Assembly: GCA_016748015.1 (NCBI GenBank)
Contig: JAAOMT010000665.1
Coordinates: 124,001-188,000 of the forward strand
Source: Geosiphon pyriformis uo1
Taxonomy: Eukaryota > Fungi > Glomeromycota
Direction: 5' to 3'
DNA length: 64,000 nt
Positions within the stretch are counted from its first letter, which is position 1; every line of letters starts with the position of its first letter. Below, in pieces: positions 58,507 through 64,000 of this stretch. The notes beneath the pieces were generated by a model. The model saw only the letters and a program-made list of their open reading frames with translations. It did no database searches and was not told where the DNA came from. Both the position numbers and the translations under genes were made by a program.

Positions 58507-59204
58507 ATAAACACACTATTTCCAAAACAGAAATATCTTCAATTGACATAAACAATTATTTTTTGGATCAAAACATTCAAAATGTCTTTTATATTCTCTA
58601 TGAGTATTGGATTAAAAACTATCTAAATGCTACTTTGACTATTGGAAAACAGACCACTATAACTGACAACAATGGAATACATACTGTTATTAGACCAAAG
58701 AAAACAACTACCAGAAGAGAAAAAATTGGTGGCAAAATGAATAAATATCTGCTAGAAAATATAACAGCAGTGATACTCATACCTTCCATCACACTTGGAA
58801 AAACAATTAAAAAAATCTTACTCATAGACAAAAACTTGTCATATGAAAGACAACTAGAGCTCTATAGTTGCCTTAGTAAAATTATAGATAACATAAAGCT
58901 CATAAAGAAAACAACTTCAGAGTTACAGGCAGAAATTTTGGGCATTATACGATTAGATGTTCTAAGAGTTTTAACTATTGCTAGAAAAGCCAAAACTCTA
59001 ATACAAAGATTTGGTCTCTTGAATACAAAACTCATTTCACCTCAAGTATTATACATTCTATCTACAAAAGACTTCAATAAATTAGTTAGCTTTAAGTTAA
59101 ATAAAACTTTTCAAATAGATTACACTATAAATAGCTTGATTTCACTAGAGCTCAATCTCTTTGAAGAAGATGATGTTATGATTGAGACCTATACTTCTTA
59201 TTAA
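58452..59204 (+). CDS. Extra ORF 3' of integrase, unknown function (start uncertain; runs into the 3' LTR)
   Basis: 250 stop-free codons in the env position; no clear signal peptide or TM segment. Confidence 0.5.
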   Translation: MVACCGNTDSNDQQKSSINKHTISKTEISSIDINNYFLDQNIQNVFYILYEYWIKNYLNATLTIGKQTTITDNNGIHTVIRPKKTTTRREKIGGKMNKYLLENITAVILIPSITLGKTIKKILLIDKNLSYERQLELYSCLSKIIDNIKLIKKTTSELQAEILGIIRLDVLRVLTIARKAKTLIQRFGLLNTKLISPQVLYILSTKDFNKLVSFKLNKTFQIDYTINSLISLELNLFEEDDVMIETYTSY

Positions 59205-59898
59205 TTATTACATGTATTAGTCATTGATGTCATATGATTAGTCACACTATTTTTAGAAAGTGATCATTAACCTGACTGTTGATTTAACTATTGACCTGAT
59301 CATTGACCTGATCAATGACCTGATCATTAACCTAATCATTGACTTAATTATTGACCTGATTATTGACCACTTTTGACAGCTATATAAGTGATAAATCTCT
59401 TAGCTGTAGAAAAGCATATAATAACAAGCATCTGAATAATCAAGAATAAATAAAATAACAACTTTCATCTCAATCCTTCTCTTATCACTAATTTCCTTTT
59501 TTCTACCTTCAAGTATCTGAACATCTTAAAGATAAAAGATTACTTGTTGGCCTTTTCCTAACATATATAATTGTAGCATTTGAAGATTATTTGAATAAAC
59601 ATAACTGAAAAGCACAAGTTGATATCTGATATTAAATTCTAAAAGTGCCAATGTGAGGCATAGAATTATACCAGTGGTGATCAATTGTTGACAGTATGGA
59701 CTATTCCTCTACCTTCAGATTCTCCAGTTACCTTTGAAAAAAATAGTGACTGAGATATTTTATGAGACTAATCTCGCACATTGAATCCATACTTATTCAA
59801 TTCACTCTTTAAAATTGAATTCTTTTTTGATTATTTCTATTACCCTACAATTCTGTTCTCCCTTGCTATCCGTTAGCTTGTTACTCTAACCTGTAATA
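59174..59898 (+). repeat. Gypsy A 3' LTR
   Basis: Direct repeat of 52116-52840, preceded by GAAGAAGATGA. Confidence 0.95.
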
Positions 59899-62800
59899 AT
59901 AGAAAACTATCTTTTGAAAAAAAAAGTATTGTTGTTCTAAACTTTATTGAATTTTTCTGAAATTATTTTTTTTGCTTTTAACATTCTTGTTATATATATA
60001 TAATTTATGTTATATGAGATTTTTTGGAATTCTGCAATTCCCTAAAAAAAATTCTAAAATTTTGCAATTTTGCAATTCCTCAAAAAAAATTCTGGAATTC
60101 TGGAATCTTGTAATTCTCTTTTTTACTATATTTATTTTTAATTAACTATTTTATCTATTATTATAATTCCTAATTTTTATAAGTAATAATGTTATCTTTT
60201 TTGTTAATGAATTTTTCTAATTTGGCAATTAGTGTATATGCCATTAGTTTAAGTTATTATTATTAAGATTGTTGTTGTTGTGTAGTAATTGGTGCAATTG
60301 GTAGATTGATTATAATAACTGAAAGTAAGTTTTGCTAAAAAATAGAAGTAAGGTTTAAATTATTTAAGTTTAGTGAAGTTTAAACAATTGAAATTTATAT
60401 TTCTGAGTTATCTAAAATTGGGTTTTGATTCTTATTTTTCTAATTGTCATTTTTTTTTTCTGAATTGGTGTTTTTCTAATAACTAGTAGATTCGAAATTT
60501 GGTTGAGATGATAGTGATTAAAGTTTTGATAGTGTTGTTGGTCATAATTTAAATTCTTTAAAAAAATTGTCATAGATTTCTAATAGTTTGGTTTTTTCTT
60601 AATTATTTTAAAATAATACTTTGAATAATAGTGTTTTTATTATTAATAATAATGTGAATTCAAATAATATGTAGATAGTACTTTCTGGTATATGATAATA
60701 TAATAAGTAAATAAGTAAAATAATTCTTGATTTCTTTTAAATAGGCAGTTGTATTTTTCTTGATGTTCTTGCTAAAGTTTGTAATTTCTTTTTGTTTACA
60801 AAGATAATAAGAAATTTTTACTGAGTGTACTTTTCAATTTCTGTAATTAGTGGAACAAACAAATAATTTTATAGAAGCATAGTGCTTTGGAGTAATTTAC
60901 TATAGAAATTATTGAAGGTGGCTTTTGAATCTTCTTAGTTTCCTAAGTAAGATTTAATTTTTTTGTTAATATAGAAATTGAAAGTTGATTCTGTTGGCCA
61001 ATAATTATTTGTTAGTTTAAAGTAAATTTGGTAATGTTGAAATAAAAATTTCGTGAATTTTAAATGATTTTTTTCTATAATTTTTTGTCTACCATTTTTT
61101 TGAATAGTTAATGTTAGTGTTGGTTTTCTGTTAGATTATATATCTTACAAAAAGCACCAAATATTATAGGTAATTATTTGAAATGTTAAAACAAATAACA
61201 AATTTATAACTTGGTGCTTAATAACTAAAAATGTTAATAAACAGAAATTCAATTAATACTTTCTTCTGTGAATTTTTTTTTCCAGTATAATGGCTGGTTT
61301 ATTTTGACAGTTATGTCTTTTTGGTAAGCTATCCTTAAATTTTTACCCTTGTTTCCAAGTTTTTTACCAGACTATTTTTAACATCAAATATTTAGTGCTT
61401 AATTTTTTTTTTAATTAGTAAACAACAAAGAAACAAAACAAAATAAATAAATAAAAATAAATAAAAAATTAGTATTCTATCAATAGCTGTAATCAAAAAC
61501 TATTGGTTCAGTATAGTTAAGTATTAAATTTTATCAAAATAAAGTGTTAATAATATGGAATAAATTAATATTTTTTTTAATCAAGTAATGATAACATAAA
61601 TTTAAGTAATAATAAATGTTTTATTAATATAAGTATAATTCTCATTTTAAGTTATAAAAAACTATCTTTTAAAGAAAGAAATATTGTTATTTTGAACTAA
61701 TTAGAACTCTAATAAATACTTTTTCTGTTTTTAACATTTTTGTTATATATACATAATTTATATTATATGAGATTTTTTGAAATTTTTGAAATTCTTTGAA
61801 AAAAATTCTAAAATTCTGAAATCTTGCAATTTCTTGAAAAAAATCCTGGAATTTTTTTTTTACTATGTATATTTCTAATTGGCTATTTTATCTACTTATT
61901 ATAATCTTTAATTTTTATAAGTAACAATAATTAAGAACTTTTTCTATCTTAAAAACATGTTAAACCAAAGAATTGTTTATGATAATAACTATTCCAGCAT
62001 TGAAAAAACTTTTTTTCAAACCAGATATAAAAATTCATATACTATCAAACTTATTTACAATCTATGGCTTAATGCTAGATCTTAATTTTGTTTCTATAAC
62101 TATAAAGATTATATTACCTAATTTTGTATGTCAACAAACAATATTTTTTTGCTTAGTAAAAACATTAATGTCTTGAATATTACATGTAACAAATTTTTAT
62201 ACCAAATTAGTTATTAAAATAAAAAAAACAACAGAAAACTCAAGCCAGAGCACAATTGATCTATTTTTTAAAACTGAACTAATAAAGACCTTAAAAACAA
62301 TTATTTTTAATTTCAAGCCACCAATCTTGATAGTTAAAACCTTTAAGCTACTCAAATTCAGATCTGAAAACTTATTTTTTACAATCAATAAAAATAAAAA
62401 AAGTGATGTTAATAAGCCATTTAAAACCATATTCAAATCGAAATTTGAATTTATTAATACAAATATAGCAGAAAAAAGAAATTAAAAACAGATACCAAAG
62501 ATACCAGATTCACATTGCTTAATTTTTGCAGAATACTTAAAACTTGATTAGCCAAAAGCTCTAAAAAACATTCCAAAAAAGCCAAATAAACACAAATGAA
62601 CAAATTATCTTAAACAACTAAAAAACTTTTTTTAATATATAATATACTAAAAAAAAGAGATCTAAAACCAAAACCAAAGTAAGTATTATCAAAAAAAACA
62701 GCAAATAAGACTACCTGTGTTCAATATTTGCCACCAAAGACAGCAAAATATAAAATAAAAACATATTTCTTAATATATAATTTGGCCAGCTAAAAATGAT

Positions 62801-63619
62801 TTTTTTTTAAAGCAATTCTATTATAAATATTTTTAAAAGGCAAGATAAATACATTTAATATATCACATTTCACAGCCAAATGTTCAAAATGTCTGTACTT
62901 TTTATAATAAATTAAACTTAATTTAATTTATAAGAATTTTACACCACCAAAGATTAACTTTATGCAAAAAACAGTTTCTAGTTTTTTATTTGTTTTGAAA
63001 TTAATTACAGTATAATAAACTCTATTGCTAGTTTCTAATGATTGATTAAAAATACAAATTTTCCCATTTACTTTGTCCAAAAGAGTGCCAAAATTATAAA
63101 CAATTATACTTACAGCCAAAGTAAACAAGAATATTCTAAAATAATCTCTAAATATTTAAATATCTTAATCTTTTATAGCTTTTATTACATATATTAAGTT
63201 CTTATCAATTAAAAAAAACCATTTAGATACTAGTTAATCAACTTAACTTAATTCGGCAAATTTCATTATAGTCTTTTGTTATAGCTTAATAAATTGTAAT
63301 TTGATAAACACAATTTGACCAAACTTAGATACTGTAGTAATAATTATTTTTTTTAATGTATTTATGAGAATTTTTATTATTATTACAGCTTAATTTAAAC
63401 AAAATTTTTGTTTCTTAATATTGTTGTTTATGATGATTTTTTTTTAGCCAATAACACAGTCTTTTTATGCTCTTCTTTAATATAAACATTAATCTAATAA
63501 TTCTTTCAAATTTTAAAAAAATAATAGTCTTCTCAAAACAATTAATTACAGAAAAATTTTTTTAAAAGCCTAAGTTTTAGTCATTGCTGATTTGTTTTCT
63601 ACTGCTGATAAATTAATAT

Positions 63620-64000
63620 TATTACTTATAGAAATAGAAATCATAATAAGTAAAAAAATAGCCAATAAGAAGGAAGTATAGTAAAAAGAGAAATTGCAGA
63701 ATTGCAGAATTTTTTTCAAAGAAATTAAAAAATTTCAAAAAATTTGTATAACATAAATTATATATATATAATGAGAATATTAAAAACAGAAAAAAAACAA
63801 TAAACAAACAGAATAGTAACTAATAATAAGTAATTATTTAATATTTCTCTTTTCAAAAAATAGTTTTCTATAACTTAAAATGAAATTATATTTATACTAA
63901 TAAAATTATTCATCATTATTCAATTTATGTTATTATTGCTTGATTAAAAAAATTAATTACTTCTATACTATCAATAATTTATATTGATAGAATTCAATAT
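63620..64000 (+). mobile_element. Family B LTR, opposite orientation, truncated by window end
   Basis: TATTACTTATAGAAATAGAAATCATAATAAG is reverse-complement-homologous to the ends at 60188 and 61926, and the homology continues to the window end. Confidence 0.75.

Larger units (their letters stand above)
52116..59898 (+). mobile_element. Full-length Ty3/Gypsy LTR retrotransposon (family A), inactivated by stops
   Basis: Two 725-bp LTRs, ATAG target duplication (52112-52115 / 59899-59902), PBS, purine tract before the 3' LTR, gag-PR-RT-RH-IN order. Confidence 0.95.
51540..61926 (-). mobile_element. Internally deleted/non-autonomous LTR retroelement, family B (5' LTR 61926-61162, ~1 kb internal part, 3' LTR split by Gypsy A)
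   Basis: Two homologous LTRs; decayed PBS TGGTGCTTTTTGTAAG on the minus strand next to 61162; 4-bp TSD ACAA/ATAA (ancestral ACGA); the host LINE reads through after removal. Confidence 0.8.
46139..63619 (-). mobile_element. Decayed LINE copy 4, interrupted by three LTR-family insertions (segments 46139-47017, 47907-51539, 61927-63619)
   Basis: Minus-strand ORF fragments are collinear with copy 2 (CLFCRQV finger, RNase H KVYTNKLL, RT, APE, ORF1), and the 3' UTR at ~46140-46260 matches copy 2. Confidence 0.85.

Overview
Eukaryotic fungal DNA, AT-rich with GT-AG introns of about 60-130 nt. The TE families and gene style suggest Glomeromycotina/Mucoromycota, possibly Geosiphon-like (inference from sequence style only). 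The window has three compartments. (1) 1-16.5 kb is an almost CpG-free block of decayed non-LTR retrotransposons (APE-RT-RNase H-CCHC LINEs, three head-to-tail). (2) 16.5-43.2 kb is a compact, CpG-normal gene island: Elongin B-like UBL, Ctr copper transporter, ARF6, PPIE-type RRM, LYRM2-like, SSL2/XPB, NIPA Mg transporter, Cys2-type serine O-acyltransferase, SUA5, mitochondrial aspartate aminotransferase, WDR83/MORG1, Spo7-like and MOSC/mARC. (3) 43.2-64 kb holds a pogo/Tigger DNA transposon followed by a nested stack of LINE > LTR element > Ty3/Gypsy. The most notable observation is a RIP-like, almost transition-only C>T/G>A hypermutation of repeats: about 68 differences between two sister LTRs, one a transversion, many outside CpG. 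The decay appears position-dependent within a single transposon. Other notable observations are an unannotated, structured minus-strand locus upstream of XPB with five regularly sized 39-46 nt intron-like segments, and a Gypsy with a U UUA AAC -1 frameshift, an apparently separate integrase ORF and an extra 3' ORF. Exon structures and counts were read by eye and need computational confirmation.
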